Positions 27,437 through 38,244 are shown, counted from the stretch's first letter. The stretch is DNA of 64,000 bases from Spirochaetota bacterium (GCA_016931325.1 JAFGFC010000001.1:1419-65418); one strand, 5' to 3'. The notes: generated from the letters alone by a model not told the origin. Made by a program: numbers and translations.

Positions 27437-29645
27437 AGTCTATCAAAAATTCAGTCAACCACAGTACAACCTGGCCTTTAAGATATTTCTGATCCTTTTA
27501 CTCTTTCTGTGGACATTTAATCTGGCTACCCGTCGATTCAGGCAGGAGTATTTACAGCTGAGGGTGGGGGATATCGCTCCTTATGATATCAGGGTAGATA
27601 GTGATGTGGAGTATATAGATGAATTTTCCACCAGACAGAAAATAGAGAACGCCTCATCCCGTGTTCTGCCGTTGTTTAAATTACGGATGGATATTGCTCA
27701 GGAAAAAACAGAGAATATGGATGATATATTCGATGAGATAGAGGAGATGGAGGATGTTCAGATCAGCGGTGACGAAATTACAAAGAGGATCCATTCGCTG
27801 GTGAAAGTGGATAAAGAGACACTGGATATGATTATAAGATTCCACAGGGTCAATAATTTCAGGACCAAAGCAAGAGCCATTCTTGATTATATCTTTAAAC
27901 AGGGATATTCCTCTGTCAGCAAAGAAGAGGTCAAAAAATTATCTGTCGAGAATGAGATCATGAAAATCCAAAAGCTGGACACAGGGGAAGAGATCAATAT
28001 TAAAAGTTCTGTCGAGGACATCTATTATTCGGCTTCAGAGGCGGCCCGGGAGGTGACCAAAAAGTTATTTCCGCAATTACGGTGGGATAAATCCAAAGCC
28101 CTGTCTGTTTTTACAGAAAAATATCTTTCTCCTAATCTCTTTTATGAGCAGATCCGTACGGAAGAGATAATGAAGGAAGAGATCAAGATGATCGAACCGG
28201 TGAAAAAAAGACTAAAAAAAGGTCAGATCATTGTTCGCTATGGGGAGGAAATATCAGAGCAACAATTTAGAAAATTGAGCGGATTAAGAAAATATACCCG
28301 TCAGAGTAACTATAATATGATCCTGGGTTATTTTTTTCTATTGTTCCTTTTATTCCTGTTATCCGGGATTGTTTTTTTCGGATATGGCGGGAAATGGGTC
28401 AAACAGGATAAATACTATTTATTCCTTATTACCTTTCTTTTTGTCATGGCTACCCTTAATTATTTTTTCCCCAATACGATGCGTTTATTTCCTGTCCGTC
28501 TGGAAAAAAGCCTTTTGATCCCCATCGGCGGTATCGCTATCCTTTTAACTTCTTTTACCAGTCCCGTGATGGCTTATGTTCTTGTATTATTTATCAGTCT
28601 GATCTCTAATTTTATTATTGGTTTTGAATTTTTGGATTTTCTTATCATGTTTTTAATCGGGGGATTCATTGTCCTGATCTCCAGCAAGATCCAGAAACGT
28701 GTCTACACCTGGCTTATAGGATTGATCATATCGTTTCTTTATTTTATTATTATTCTGACAATCGCTCAGGTCAATAATTATACACAACCCCAGTTCGTGA
28801 ACTCGGTCCTGGCCGGATTCTTGAACGGGGTTATTTCTGTTATCATCAGCACAGGGTTTTTGCCCCTGTTCGAGTATATTTTCAATCTTTTAACAGATTT
28901 CAGACTACTGGAGTTATCTGATCTTAATCTGCCGATCATGAAAAAACTTCTTATAGAAGCGCCGGGGACGTATCATCATAGTATCATGGTGGCCAATCTG
29001 GCCGAATCGGCTGCTTTAAGCATAGGGGCTGATCCCCTGCTGGCGCGGGTGGGAGCCTATTATCATGACATCGGTAAAATTGAAAACCCTGATTATTTTA
29101 TTGAAAATCAATCCAGCGATGAGAGCAAGCATGATAAGATAAAACCCTCCATCTCCAGTTCAGTGGTTAAGGCCCATGTCAAGTACGGTGTCGAGATGGC
29201 CTTGAACTTGAGGATCCCGTCAGAGATCATTGAAATCATCAAGGAGCATCATGGTACTACTGTCATTTCTTATTTCTATAAAAAAGCCCTGGAGGATGCT
29301 TCTGAAGATGACCGTGCCAATATTGTCGCTAATTTTCAGTACAAAGGACCCAAACCTCAATCAAAAGAGGCGGCTATCATTATGCTGGCTGATTCTGTTG
29401 AGGCGGCCTCCCGGCTTTTGAAAAAACCTTCTCATCCCCGTCTTGTCGGTATGGTAAAGGAGATCATCAATAACCGGTTTATGGAAGGCGAATTGAATGA
29501 GTGCCCTCTTACGCTGGTGGATATGAATAAAATTGCCCAGAGCTTTATACAGGTATTGAGCGGACGGTTCCATTCCCGTATCGAATACCCTGAAAAAGAA
29601 GAGATAGAGAAATTGGAGAAGAATGGAAGTAAACATAGAAAATAG
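27387..29645 (+). CDS. pgpH: 7TM-HD (HDIG) membrane phosphohydrolase, PgpH/YqfF family (c-di-AMP phosphodiesterase)
   Basis: N-terminal extracellular domain, then a 7TM region. The C-terminal HD domain has HHSIMVANLAE...YYHDIGK. The true start is probably one of the internal Met codons, giving a short overlap with phoH. Confidence 0.8.
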   Translation: MMLMKDMIQKIKETANKVYQKFSQPQYNLAFKIFLILLLFLWTFNLATRRFRQEYLQLRVGDIAPYDIRVDSDVEYIDEFSTRQKIENASSRVLPLFKLRMDIAQEKTENMDDIFDEIEEMEDVQISGDEITKRIHSLVKVDKETLDMIIRFHRVNNFRTKARAILDYIFKQGYSSVSKEEVKKLSVENEIMKIQKLDTGEEINIKSSVEDIYYSASEAAREVTKKLFPQLRWDKSKALSVFTEKYLSPNLFYEQIRTEEIMKEEIKMIEPVKKRLKKGQIIVRYGEEISEQQFRKLSGLRKYTRQSNYNMILGYFFLLFLLFLLSGIVFFGYGGKWVKQDKYYLFLITFLFVMATLNYFFPNTMRLFPVRLEKSLLIPIGGIAILLTSFTSPVMAYVLVLFISLISNFIIGFEFLDFLIMFLIGGFIVLISSKIQKRVYTWLIGLIISFLYFIIILTIAQVNNYTQPQFVNSVLAGFLNGVISVIISTGFLPLFEYIFNLLTDFRLLELSDLNLPIMKKLLIEAPGTYHHSIMVANLAESAALSIGADPLLARVGAYYHDIGKIENPDYFIENQSSDESKHDKIKPSISSSVVKAHVKYGVEMALNLRIPSEIIEIIKEHHGTTVISYFYKKALEDASEDDRANIVANFQYKGPKPQSKEAAIIMLADSVEAASRLLKKPSHPRLVGMVKEIINNRFMEGELNECPLTLVDMNKIAQSFIQVLSGRFHSRIEYPEKEEIEKLEKNGSKHRK

Positions 29646-30096
29646 GGCCCGGCTCAGGGGTCTGAATAAGAAGCAGGTCCTTTATCTTGTTCGGTTTGTG
29701 CTGTCAGAGGAAAAAAAGACAAATAACAGGTTTAAAAGATTTCTGAAACGCGTGAGGCATGATTTTAATGTCAATCTTATCTTTACAGATGATAAAGAGA
29801 TAGCCAGGTACAATAAAAAATATTTAAAAAGGCCTAATCCCACTGATGTTATCGCTTTTTCTTTTATAAAAGATCCTTATGCCGATATCGATCATGTTCT
29901 CGGTGATGTTGTTATCTCTCTTGAAACCGTGAAATCCAATGCCAGAAGATTTAAAACTGCATTTTTAACCGAGCTGTTCCTGGTCGTTATCCATGGTGTG
30001 TTACATCTGTTGGATTACGATCATCCGCATATCACTTCTGTCATGCGAAAAAAAGAAAAGAAATATTTACAATGGTTTTTAAAGACAAAGGTATAG
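29623..30096 (+). CDS. ybeY: rRNA maturation RNase YbeY
   Basis: HGVLHLLDYDH zinc-binding motif. 157 aa. Confidence 0.85.
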   Translation: MEVNIENRARLRGLNKKQVLYLVRFVLSEEKKTNNRFKRFLKRVRHDFNVNLIFTDDKEIARYNKKYLKRPNPTDVIAFSFIKDPYADIDHVLGDVVISLETVKSNARRFKTAFLTELFLVVIHGVLHLLDYDHPHITSVMRKKEKKYLQWFLKTKV

Positions 30097-30821
30097 TATT
30101 ACGATCGACAGAGTTGACAGGAGCCGACAGGCTGATTACCCTTTTTTTGTATGAGAAAGGAAAGACCAAGATCATTTTCAAAGGGGTAGAAAAACCAAAA
30201 AGCAGAAAGGTCTCCTCAAGCCAGATAGGGTCGTATCTGGATCTTTCCTATAGAACAGCTCAGACGGGTCAGAGCTATGTTTCAGAAGTCAAGATCATTA
30301 ATTCCTTTTCTGCGATAAGAGAGGATCCTGTAAAATTCCTGTATTTAAACTATATCCTTGAACTTTTTTCTCATCTGGTACTGGAATCAGAAAAGAATAC
30401 CCGGATGTTCCATTTCCTTGTTAATGCCCTGATCTTTGTAAAGAATGAAAAAGTGGATATGGAAAGCGTCATGAGGTATATTGAATACCGTATGATCCAG
30501 CTGAGCGGTATCCTTCCTGATTTTCATATATGCCATCAATGTCAAAGGTCACTAGGTGATGTGGCCCTTTTGGGAAGAGACAATCATCTTTTCTGTCCTG
30601 GCTGCGCTTCGTCGCTGGATCAGAAAACGATGTTCGACCGCAGGGATCAGATGGTTTTAAAAGGCATGGATAGGTTTTCTTTTAAGGCTAAAGCGATCAA
30701 GAAAATTCCCCATGGGGTTAATAAAAAACTGAAAAATTTATTTTATAATTTGATCGTCAGCTACATTTCCAGCGAATTGAAATCCTACAAAATTGTATAT
30801 GATCTTTTGAAAAAGATCTAA
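30072..30821 (+). CDS. recO: DNA repair protein RecO
   Basis: N-terminal OB fold (GIVLRSTELTGADRLITLF). C-terminal zinc-finger Cys pairs (CHQCQR...CPGC). Confidence 0.8.
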   Translation: MVFKDKGIVLRSTELTGADRLITLFLYEKGKTKIIFKGVEKPKSRKVSSSQIGSYLDLSYRTAQTGQSYVSEVKIINSFSAIREDPVKFLYLNYILELFSHLVLESEKNTRMFHFLVNALIFVKNEKVDMESVMRYIEYRMIQLSGILPDFHICHQCQRSLGDVALLGRDNHLFCPGCASSLDQKTMFDRRDQMVLKGMDRFSFKAKAIKKIPHGVNKKLKNLFYNLIVSYISSELKSYKIVYDLLKKI

Positions 30822-30825
30822 ACGA

Positions 30826-32844
30826 TCATTTAGCTGACTCTAATTTTTCTTTTACTTTCTTTATATTTTTAAGGGCTCCCGCGTGATAAGGATCAAGTTT
30901 AATAACCTTTTCCCATTCTGCCAAGGCCTCCTGGTAATTGCCGGAAGTATAATGGGCCACACCAAGATAATAGTGTTTTTTTATTGTTTTTTGTGTTTTT
31001 GAGGTTTCTGAAACGATCTCTGAATCTGTCACCAGGATCCCCTTTTCCGCCTTTATCCTGTACTGGGCTTTCGCAATATTGGACAGGCAGTCTCCGATAT
31101 ATTTGTTTGAAAGAGGCGAGCGGTCAAGTTCTATCACTTTTTTCCATTGCTCTATGGCCTTTTGATACTCTTTCTTTGAATAATGGTATAATCCTAAATT
31201 AAAGCTTCTTTTTAATTCCCTGGCATAGAGTGACGGGGGATTTTTGGCTCTCGCGATATAGGAGTTGATCTCGGGGTAGGCCGGATTAATATCTTTTACA
31301 AGCTGGAATTCATAAAGAGCGCGGAGATAATCTTTGCTATTATAATGTTCTTTGCCTTTCTGAAAGTGAGCATCAAGGATATCAGCCACTTTATCCTTGT
31401 CTGTAACATACATGATCTTCAAAAGGTTACGGTTCGCCATTTTATTGAGGGGAAAGATCTCTTTGATTTCATCAAAATAATACTGGGCCAGATCATACTC
31501 TTTCCGGGCAAGATAGTCTAATCCTTCTTTCTCCAGGTTCTTAACAATGATATAGTAAGGGGAATCTTCTGTGATATCACTCTCTTTTTTCAACTGCAGG
31601 GCCTGCAGGGCCAGCCTGAGGTATTCTTGAGCGTATTTGTTTTCAGGATCGATCTGGATAACCTGTTTAAACATATCAATGGCCATCTCGTATTCGCCCA
31701 TCTGATAGTATTTTATCCCCTTCGCCAGCAGTTCCTGAGTGAGAGAGCTTTTTTCTTCTTCTCTTTTTTTCTGTAACTTTTTTAATAAAGCCAGAGTTCT
31801 GTCCCGATATTCTTTCGCTTTCGTATGATCAGGCATGATCTCCAGAGTGATCGTGAACTCTTCCAGGGCCGGCTCATATTCTTCTTTGTTAAAGTACGCC
31901 AGTCCCAGAGAAAAATGCTTTTCCGCTTCCTCCCGGACAGTTTTTTCATGAGAGAGCTTTTCAAGGATATCATTGATTTTAGCCAGATATTCTTTGGCGG
32001 TTTCATTTTCAGGATCAAGGTTCAAGACCTGTTCGAAGGCCTCTTTTGATTCATTATATTGACGGTTGATGTAAGATTCAATACCGCGGGAGATCAAATG
32101 ATTGATCTTTTCTTTTAATTGCTGATCTTTTAAAAGTTTTTTATCCAGTTCCAGCATCTGTTTCGCTTCCTGGTTGTCTTCGTCGATCATAAGCGCCTTG
32201 GACCATTCCTGGATCGCCTCCAGATATCTTTTTTGATTATGATACTCCCGTCCGGCTTGAAGATGCAGCATCAGCTCCAGATTTTTATTGTATTCCATTT
32301 CTTCTGATTGGGATCGTATGATCTGAACTTTAGCCTGCTGATTATCAGGATCCAGTAAAAGGGCCAGTTTGTAAAGGGCAATGGCTTTGGAGAATTCCTC
32401 CTCTTTTTGATACTCCTGGGCTTCTTTGACCATCTCGGCAGCCAGCTGTTTCTTGTCCATCAATTCCTTGCAAAGATTATAGGCGATCTTGATATGGTTA
32501 AGGGCTTTTTCATGCCGGGGGTTGATCATAAGCGTGTTTTTAAAAAAAGGTATCGATTCGCAGTATTGTTCCTTTAAAAAAAAATGAAGGCCTTTATAAA
32601 AATTGATCTCCATCTGGTTATATTTGTTATAGGCTTTTTCCATGTATGTTTTAGCGCGAGTATGATTGGGGTTCTGGTCAAGAAGGTTTTTCCATTCCTC
32701 AGCGGCTAATTTAAATTCTCTGCGAATATAATAATTCAATCCTCTGGTGAAAACGGACTCTTCCATTTCCAGGGCAAAAAGAAAAACAGGCAAAAGAACA
32801 AACAGACCGAGGGAAACATATTTTTTAAACATAGATCCGCTCAA
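30826..32844 (-). CDS. secreted tetratricopeptide-repeat protein
   Basis: Signal peptide, then more than 12 TPR-like 34-aa repeats (recurring W..A..Y...G.Y..A...Y..AL..DP.N patterns). Confidence 0.7.
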   Translation of the reverse strand: MSGSMFKKYVSLGLFVLLPVFLFALEMEESVFTRGLNYYIRREFKLAAEEWKNLLDQNPNHTRAKTYMEKAYNKYNQMEINFYKGLHFFLKEQYCESIPFFKNTLMINPRHEKALNHIKIAYNLCKELMDKKQLAAEMVKEAQEYQKEEEFSKAIALYKLALLLDPDNQQAKVQIIRSQSEEMEYNKNLELMLHLQAGREYHNQKRYLEAIQEWSKALMIDEDNQEAKQMLELDKKLLKDQQLKEKINHLISRGIESYINRQYNESKEAFEQVLNLDPENETAKEYLAKINDILEKLSHEKTVREEAEKHFSLGLAYFNKEEYEPALEEFTITLEIMPDHTKAKEYRDRTLALLKKLQKKREEEKSSLTQELLAKGIKYYQMGEYEMAIDMFKQVIQIDPENKYAQEYLRLALQALQLKKESDITEDSPYYIIVKNLEKEGLDYLARKEYDLAQYYFDEIKEIFPLNKMANRNLLKIMYVTDKDKVADILDAHFQKGKEHYNSKDYLRALYEFQLVKDINPAYPEINSYIARAKNPPSLYARELKRSFNLGLYHYSKKEYQKAIEQWKKVIELDRSPLSNKYIGDCLSNIAKAQYRIKAEKGILVTDSEIVSETSKTQKTIKKHYYLGVAHYTSGNYQEALAEWEKVIKLDPYHAGALKNIKKVKEKLESAK

Positions 32845-33985
32845 CCCTGGGTCCTATTTGACATAGGACCTCATAAGGAATGGTCTTTAATTTTCTGGCC
32901 ACATCTTCTAACAGGATCTGACCCCTCCCGTCCTGGCCGAAGATAGTAACAGGATCACCTTGCTTCACTGATTTAACACGGCTTGTATCGATCATAAATT
33001 GATCCATGCATATACGGCCTCTTACGGGACATTTTTGGCCCTGGACAAGAACATCATGATGATTGGATAATAAGCGGGCCAGCCCGTCGCCATAACCCAG
33101 GGAAACAGTTGCGATCACCTCGTTTTTTTTAGTATAATAGGTATGCCCATAGCTGATGGGAGATCGGGCTTGTGTTTTTTTCAGGAATGAAATAATGGAC
33201 CTGAGTGTCATTCCCCCTTTTAGAGGGATACTTTTCTTGATATGATTATCAGGAAAGTAACCATAGAACATGATTCCCGGGCGTATGGTGTTAAAAGGCA
33301 AATCAGGGTAATTGATGATGCCGGCACTGTTTGACAGATGGAGCAGGGGGACGTTGTATCCCGAATTCTTTAACTGTCGCGCGAGATCGGAAAACTGTTT
33401 GATTTGTCTTTGTGTGAAATCTTTCCTGGTTTCATCGGCCGAGGAAAGATGAGAATATACACCTTCTACATGGATATGGGATAATTGAAAAGCCTTTTTG
33501 ATAAAGGAAAAAGCTTTTTTATAAGGGACTCCGATTCTGCCCATCCCTGTATCAATATTGATATGGACCTTTATTTTTTTTTTGGCCAGGGTATTAAAGG
33601 CGCAAAGAGACCGTTCCGTGTAGACAGTGGGAGTTATTTTCTCCCTGATCATTTTGACAAAGTCATCGCAATGTAAAGGCTCATTAAAACAAAGGACAGG
33701 GGATGATATTTTATTTTTTCTTAAGATAAAACCTTCAAAAGGAAAGGCCACGGCCAGTGAGTCAATGTGCTGGCTCATTAAGAATCTGGCTACCCGGATC
33801 ATTCCAAAACTATAAGCATTACATTTTACGGGTATGATCATCTTTTTTTCTTTACCCGCCAGAGAGCGTATGACAGAAAGATTATGGGAAAGGTTCTTCA
33901 GGTGGATGAGAGCCTGAGTAAAATAATGATACTCATATTTCATAGCCAGAATTAACAAAATAATTAATAGAATGTCAAGCCACAA
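32825..33985 (-). CDS. alr: alanine racemase
   Basis: PLP-binding Lys within PVKCNAYSFG (compare VVKANAYGHG). C-terminal GRICMDQFMID (compare GRVSMDM). Confidence 0.7.
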   Translation of the reverse strand: MWLDILLIILLILAMKYEYHYFTQALIHLKNLSHNLSVIRSLAGKEKKMIIPVKCNAYSFGMIRVARFLMSQHIDSLAVAFPFEGFILRKNKISSPVLCFNEPLHCDDFVKMIREKITPTVYTERSLCAFNTLAKKKIKVHINIDTGMGRIGVPYKKAFSFIKKAFQLSHIHVEGVYSHLSSADETRKDFTQRQIKQFSDLARQLKNSGYNVPLLHLSNSAGIINYPDLPFNTIRPGIMFYGYFPDNHIKKSIPLKGGMTLRSIISFLKKTQARSPISYGHTYYTKKNEVIATVSLGYGDGLARLLSNHHDVLVQGQKCPVRGRICMDQFMIDTSRVKSVKQGDPVTIFGQDGRGQILLEDVARKLKTIPYEVLCQIGPRVERIYV

Positions 33986-34107
33986 ATGAGGTCATTAATC
34001 ACAGATAGAATTAGTTTATCCTTCCTAAATTGTGTTTTTAGTGGTTCGTTCTTTAAAATTTCGGGAAAAACCTTGACTTTATCGATATTTTGAGTAAAAT
34101 AGCCGAT

Positions 34108-35427
34108 ATGAAATTGGAATTTTTTATAGGGACCCGATATTTACGTTCCAAAAAGCATAACCGGTTCATCTCATTTATTACGATCATCTCTATCGTGGGA
34201 ATAGGGATAGGGATCATGGCCCTTATCACGGTTCTTTCTGTTATGAATGGATTTCAGAATACCATCAGGGAAAAGATCATTGATACGGGATTTCATGTCT
34301 ATGTCACCAGCTATGGCAAGTCCAGTATAGTCAATAATTATGATGCTGTCATAAAGAAGATAAAGGAGGAAAAGATCGGCAAGGTCGTGACGCCTTTTTT
34401 CAAAGGACAGGTCATCATAAAATCGACCATGCAGCGTATCATGGGGATCGAACTTTTCGGTGTTCAAAACAATCTGAACAAAATTGACACTGATTTTAAA
34501 AAAAGCATAAGGATCGTTGAAGGTGATTTTGATCTGAAAGAGAAAAACTATATCCTTATTGGAAGAGAACTGGCTAATTTTCTGGATATAAAGATCGGGG
34601 ACAGGGTAGATATTATTTCTCCTCAGGGGGGTAAATATAAAATGTTCGGGCGGGTCGCGCCTGTTATGAAGCCTTATATCGTGAAAGGGATCTTTAAGAC
34701 CGGATATTATGAATATGATCTCAAACTGGCTTTTTCTTCTCTGTCATCATTACAGACCCTTTTCAATAGACCAAAGTCCAGCTGGGGAATTGGTATTAAA
34801 TTGAAGGATATCTTTCAGGCCCGCAGAGTCGCCAGGCGGATACAAAAGCTGTTCCATTACAAGTATCAGGTCTTTACCTGGATGGATTTGAATCATAATC
34901 TTTTTACCGCCTTGAAGAACGAAAAGACCATGATGTATCTTATTGTTTTTCTGATCATCATCGTGGCCGCTTTCAATATTGCCTCTACTCTTATCATGCT
35001 TATCATGGAGAAGAAGAAAGAGATAGGTATTTTACGCACCATGGGGTCAGATGCCTCACAGATCATAGGGATATTTATGATCAACGGAATGCTGATGGGC
35101 GTTATCGGTATCCTGTCAGGGATTATAGCCGGAGTTTTACTGACGCTGAATCTTGACAGTATCTTTAATTTCATAGAAAATATCGTTAATGTTCTATCAA
35201 GGGTATATTATAATCTATTCAGTAAATTTTTTGATATATCCTTTCCGGAACGATTCGAGATCCTGGCCCGGGATGTCTATTATCTGGAAAAATTGCCTGT
35301 TCAGATCATGTTCTGGGATGTTTTTTCTATATGTATAGGGTCGATGATCGTAATCTTTCTTTTCTCGTTTGTCCCGGCCAAGCAGGCCGTTAAATTTAAA
35401 CCAATGGAAATCATTCGGTATGAGTAA
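34108..35427 (+). CDS. ABC transporter permease, LolC/E (FtsX-like) family
   Basis: FtsX/MacB-type topology with four TM helices and a large periplasmic loop. Located upstream of a LolD-type ATPase. The start is either TTG 34090 or ATG 34108. Confidence 0.75.
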   Translation: MKLEFFIGTRYLRSKKHNRFISFITIISIVGIGIGIMALITVLSVMNGFQNTIREKIIDTGFHVYVTSYGKSSIVNNYDAVIKKIKEEKIGKVVTPFFKGQVIIKSTMQRIMGIELFGVQNNLNKIDTDFKKSIRIVEGDFDLKEKNYILIGRELANFLDIKIGDRVDIISPQGGKYKMFGRVAPVMKPYIVKGIFKTGYYEYDLKLAFSSLSSLQTLFNRPKSSWGIGIKLKDIFQARRVARRIQKLFHYKYQVFTWMDLNHNLFTALKNEKTMMYLIVFLIIIVAAFNIASTLIMLIMEKKKEIGILRTMGSDASQIIGIFMINGMLMGVIGILSGIIAGVLLTLNLDSIFNFIENIVNVLSRVYYNLFSKFFDISFPERFEILARDVYYLEKLPVQIMFWDVFSICIGSMIVIFLFSFVPAKQAVKFKPMEIIRYE

Positions 35428-36103
35428 AATTATCTTACAGATCAAAGGACTGGTCAAGAATTTTCAATCAGGGAGCACTATCCTTGAGGTTTTACAGGGT
35501 CTGGACTTGGAGGTTAATGAAGGTGATTGTATTGCCATTATGGGAGAGTCAGGGGTGGGTAAAAGTACCCTTTTAAGCCTTATCGGAGGATTGGATAGCG
35601 TCACAGAAGGGAGCATCCGTATCAATGATACACAGATAACGCAACTGGATGAAAGAGACCTGGCTCATTTTCGAGCCAGGTTTTTAGGGTTCATGTTCCA
35701 GTATCATTATCTTCTGCCTGAATTCAATGCCCTGGAGAATGTTTTTCTGCCTCTTCTTATTAAAGAAAAGAATTTTAAAAAGGAATTTGAGAAAAAAGCC
35801 AGAGAACTTTTGGAAGAAGTGGGATTGAAGGGTCGCCTCTTTCATAAACCGGGTGAATTGTCAGGGGGTGAATGTCAGAGAGTGGCTTTATCCCGGGCGT
35901 TAGTGAAAAAGCCAAAGCTGGTTATTGCTGATGAACCAACAGGCAATCTGGATGATAAAAACACACAGATCGTGTTTGATCTTATCACCAGTCTGAATAA
36001 AAAGTATAATACTACATTTATTATCGCCACTCATAATAAAAAGATCGTTCAATATGCCAGAAAAGTGTATCTTTTAGAAAATGGAAAGTTGAATAAAATT
36101 TAG
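35420..36103 (+). CDS. lolD: ABC transporter ATP-binding protein, LolD-like
   Basis: Walker A GESGVGKSTLL. Signature LSGGECQRVALSRAL. Walker B LVIADEPTGNLD. ATG 35420 overlaps the permease stop by 8 nt. Confidence 0.8.
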   Translation: MSKIILQIKGLVKNFQSGSTILEVLQGLDLEVNEGDCIAIMGESGVGKSTLLSLIGGLDSVTEGSIRINDTQITQLDERDLAHFRARFLGFMFQYHYLLPEFNALENVFLPLLIKEKNFKKEFEKKARELLEEVGLKGRLFHKPGELSGGECQRVALSRALVKKPKLVIADEPTGNLDDKNTQIVFDLITSLNKKYNTTFIIATHNKKIVQYARKVYLLENGKLNKI

Positions 36104-36163
36104 GACCTTCTTTGAAAGAACACAGCGGGAATATTTCTGCCGCCAGAGATGCTGCGAGCGCGT

Positions 36164-36694
36164 TTATCTCATTGAGAAAATACATCCGCAGTATCTCTGT
36201 CTGTATAGATTCATCTTTTTGCTGATCTCAATGCCTTCTTTCCAGCCTTTTCTGAAATCTTTGTAAAGGAATCCTATCCTGTATCGTTTGGATAAATCTT
36301 CGCACATGGTCTTGATCTCATCGTGGAATTGATATTTACTGTAGAGGAGAGTGGTGGTGAAAAGATCGAACCCTTTATCTTGAGCCATACAGGCTGCCTT
36401 CTCAAGCCTTATCTTATAACACAAAAGGCATCGTTTTTTCTTATCCTTTAACGGCCACCCTTTTTTAGTTCGGGTCAACCAGGCGTTTATATTGTGATCT
36501 TTGTCATAGATAATATCAAGTTTGGTGATCGTCTGATAAGCGTGCAGAGCGTCCAGCCTTTTATTGTATTCTGTAAGAGGATGAATATTGGGATTACACC
36601 AAAAACCCGTGATGTCCAGATCATTTTCCTGCAAAGCCTGATGAGAATAACATAAACACGGAGCACAGCAGATATGAAGGAGGATCTTTTTCAC
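36164..36694 (-). CDS. queH: epoxyqueuosine reductase QueH (DUF208)
   Basis: N-terminal LLHICCAPC and C-terminal YRQRYCGC are the hallmark Cys motifs of QueH. Confidence 0.75.
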   Translation of the reverse strand: MKKILLHICCAPCLCYSHQALQENDLDITGFWCNPNIHPLTEYNKRLDALHAYQTITKLDIIYDKDHNINAWLTRTKKGWPLKDKKKRCLLCYKIRLEKAACMAQDKGFDLFTTTLLYSKYQFHDEIKTMCEDLSKRYRIGFLYKDFRKGWKEGIEISKKMNLYRQRYCGCIFSMR

Positions 36695-38244
36695 TTAAAA
36701 TCTGATTCTTTAAAAACAATAGCGGTAAAGACCTGAAATTCACACCCTGACTTCCAGTCCTGGGGTCCCAGCCCGGCTTTCATGGAAAGGTGGGTCAAAG
36801 TGGTGGAAAGATCCCATCCCTGTTCGGGTGCCACTTGAGGGAGAAAGACAGACTGGTTCATCCCTTTTTTCAATATGATGCCATGTTTTCCAAGAACAAT
36901 ATCTTTATAGCTTGAAACCGGTTCCGGCGGGGACAGAACAGAGATCTCGATCTCGATCTTATCCAGTTCGGATGCCGTTACAGTGGGAAAACGGAAATCA
37001 TGACTGCAGGCATTGACCGTATTTTCAATAACCGTTTGAGAAAGGGATTTCACGGGAAGAATATACCCGATACAACCGCGTAGTTGATGATCTTTATTAA
37101 GGGTAACAAAAGCGCCAGCATTTTTCTTCAGGGTATCACTTTTAATTTCGAATGAGGGAGTTTTCCCTTTTTTAATAAATTCGGTCAGGGTCTTCCTGGC
37201 CATCTGAAGAAGTAACTTTTTTTCCTCTTCTGTCAGATAAAAACCGGATTTTTTTTCATTATACGGAACATCTTTTCCTGAAAAACTCATAGCCGCATAC
37301 CCCACTATTCTTTCTTTTACCCAGGATGTGTCACCTGAGTTTTTATATTGGATCAAATTAACCGTTGAGGCCCCTGCTTCCCGTGCCAGAAGCATCAAGG
37401 TGGTAACAGCGCCTAATCCACATTGATACGTAACAAGATTGGCCACACCGGAATCCTTGATCTTTTCTTCACGCTGTATCAATTTTTTTATTTTCAAGGA
37501 TTGGATCAATTCAATGGTGGCTTTGTCCACTTTCTCCCCTTCCTGGTAGGAAGGGTAATGAGAAAGATCAGAACTGGCCACGATCAGGATATTTTTATCT
37601 TTCTGCGTTTTCATGATCTTGTACAGAACAGACGAGATCTTGTCCACCATATCAAAGGAAAAGTGACTGAATAAGATCGGTACGATCTTGAAATCATTCT
37701 TCAAGGCCAGCTGTAAAAAGGGGAGCTGAACTTCAATGGAATGCTCAAGCTTGTGGGCCTCATCCACTGACTGAAAAAGGTTATCCTTCAGGATCGCCTT
37801 CGTCAACTCTTCATCCACGGGAACAAGGCCCAGAGGTGTTTTATAATATCCTTTCTTAAACACAGATGGCTTTCTCAGAGGATACCTGTGCCCTACCCCG
37901 AATATCAGAACAGTGTCATACGATCTTCCTTCGACCTGTTTGAAAGCCCATCCCGCTACCTGGCCGGAGTAGATATAACCCGCATGAGGGGCGATAAGGC
38001 CAAAGATATTTTCTCCTTTAGGAAGTTTAACGACGCTGGCTTTGGCAAGATATTCCTTTACCATAGATTTGAGATCCATAGCATTGGCAGGATAAAACAT
38101 ACCGCTGACAGCGCTTTCTCTGATGTCTTCTGCTTTGATGGTCTTGGCTTCCTTTACATTTTGACAAAAGGAGAATACAAAAATGATCATTAGGGAAAAT
38201 ATTAATTGTCGCATCTTTCCCAATAGTAATATTTTGATTTTCAA
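36691..38244 (-). CDS. Memo-like (AmmeMemoRadiSam protein B) + AMMECR1 (protein A) fusion with predicted signal/lipoprotein leader
   Basis: Memo motifs GMFYPA and APHAGYIYSGQVAGWAF. The C-terminal AMMECR1 core is GAFVTLNKDHQLRGCIGYILP. The N-terminal hydrophobic leader ends in FSFC. It overlaps queH by 4 nt. Confidence 0.65.
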   Translation of the reverse strand: MKIKILLLGKMRQLIFSLMIIFVFSFCQNVKEAKTIKAEDIRESAVSGMFYPANAMDLKSMVKEYLAKASVVKLPKGENIFGLIAPHAGYIYSGQVAGWAFKQVEGRSYDTVLIFGVGHRYPLRKPSVFKKGYYKTPLGLVPVDEELTKAILKDNLFQSVDEAHKLEHSIEVQLPFLQLALKNDFKIVPILFSHFSFDMVDKISSVLYKIMKTQKDKNILIVASSDLSHYPSYQEGEKVDKATIELIQSLKIKKLIQREEKIKDSGVANLVTYQCGLGAVTTLMLLAREAGASTVNLIQYKNSGDTSWVKERIVGYAAMSFSGKDVPYNEKKSGFYLTEEEKKLLLQMARKTLTEFIKKGKTPSFEIKSDTLKKNAGAFVTLNKDHQLRGCIGYILPVKSLSQTVIENTVNACSHDFRFPTVTASELDKIEIEISVLSPPEPVSSYKDIVLGKHGIILKKGMNQSVFLPQVAPEQGWDLSTTLTHLSMKAGLGPQDWKSGCEFQVFTAIVFKESDFK

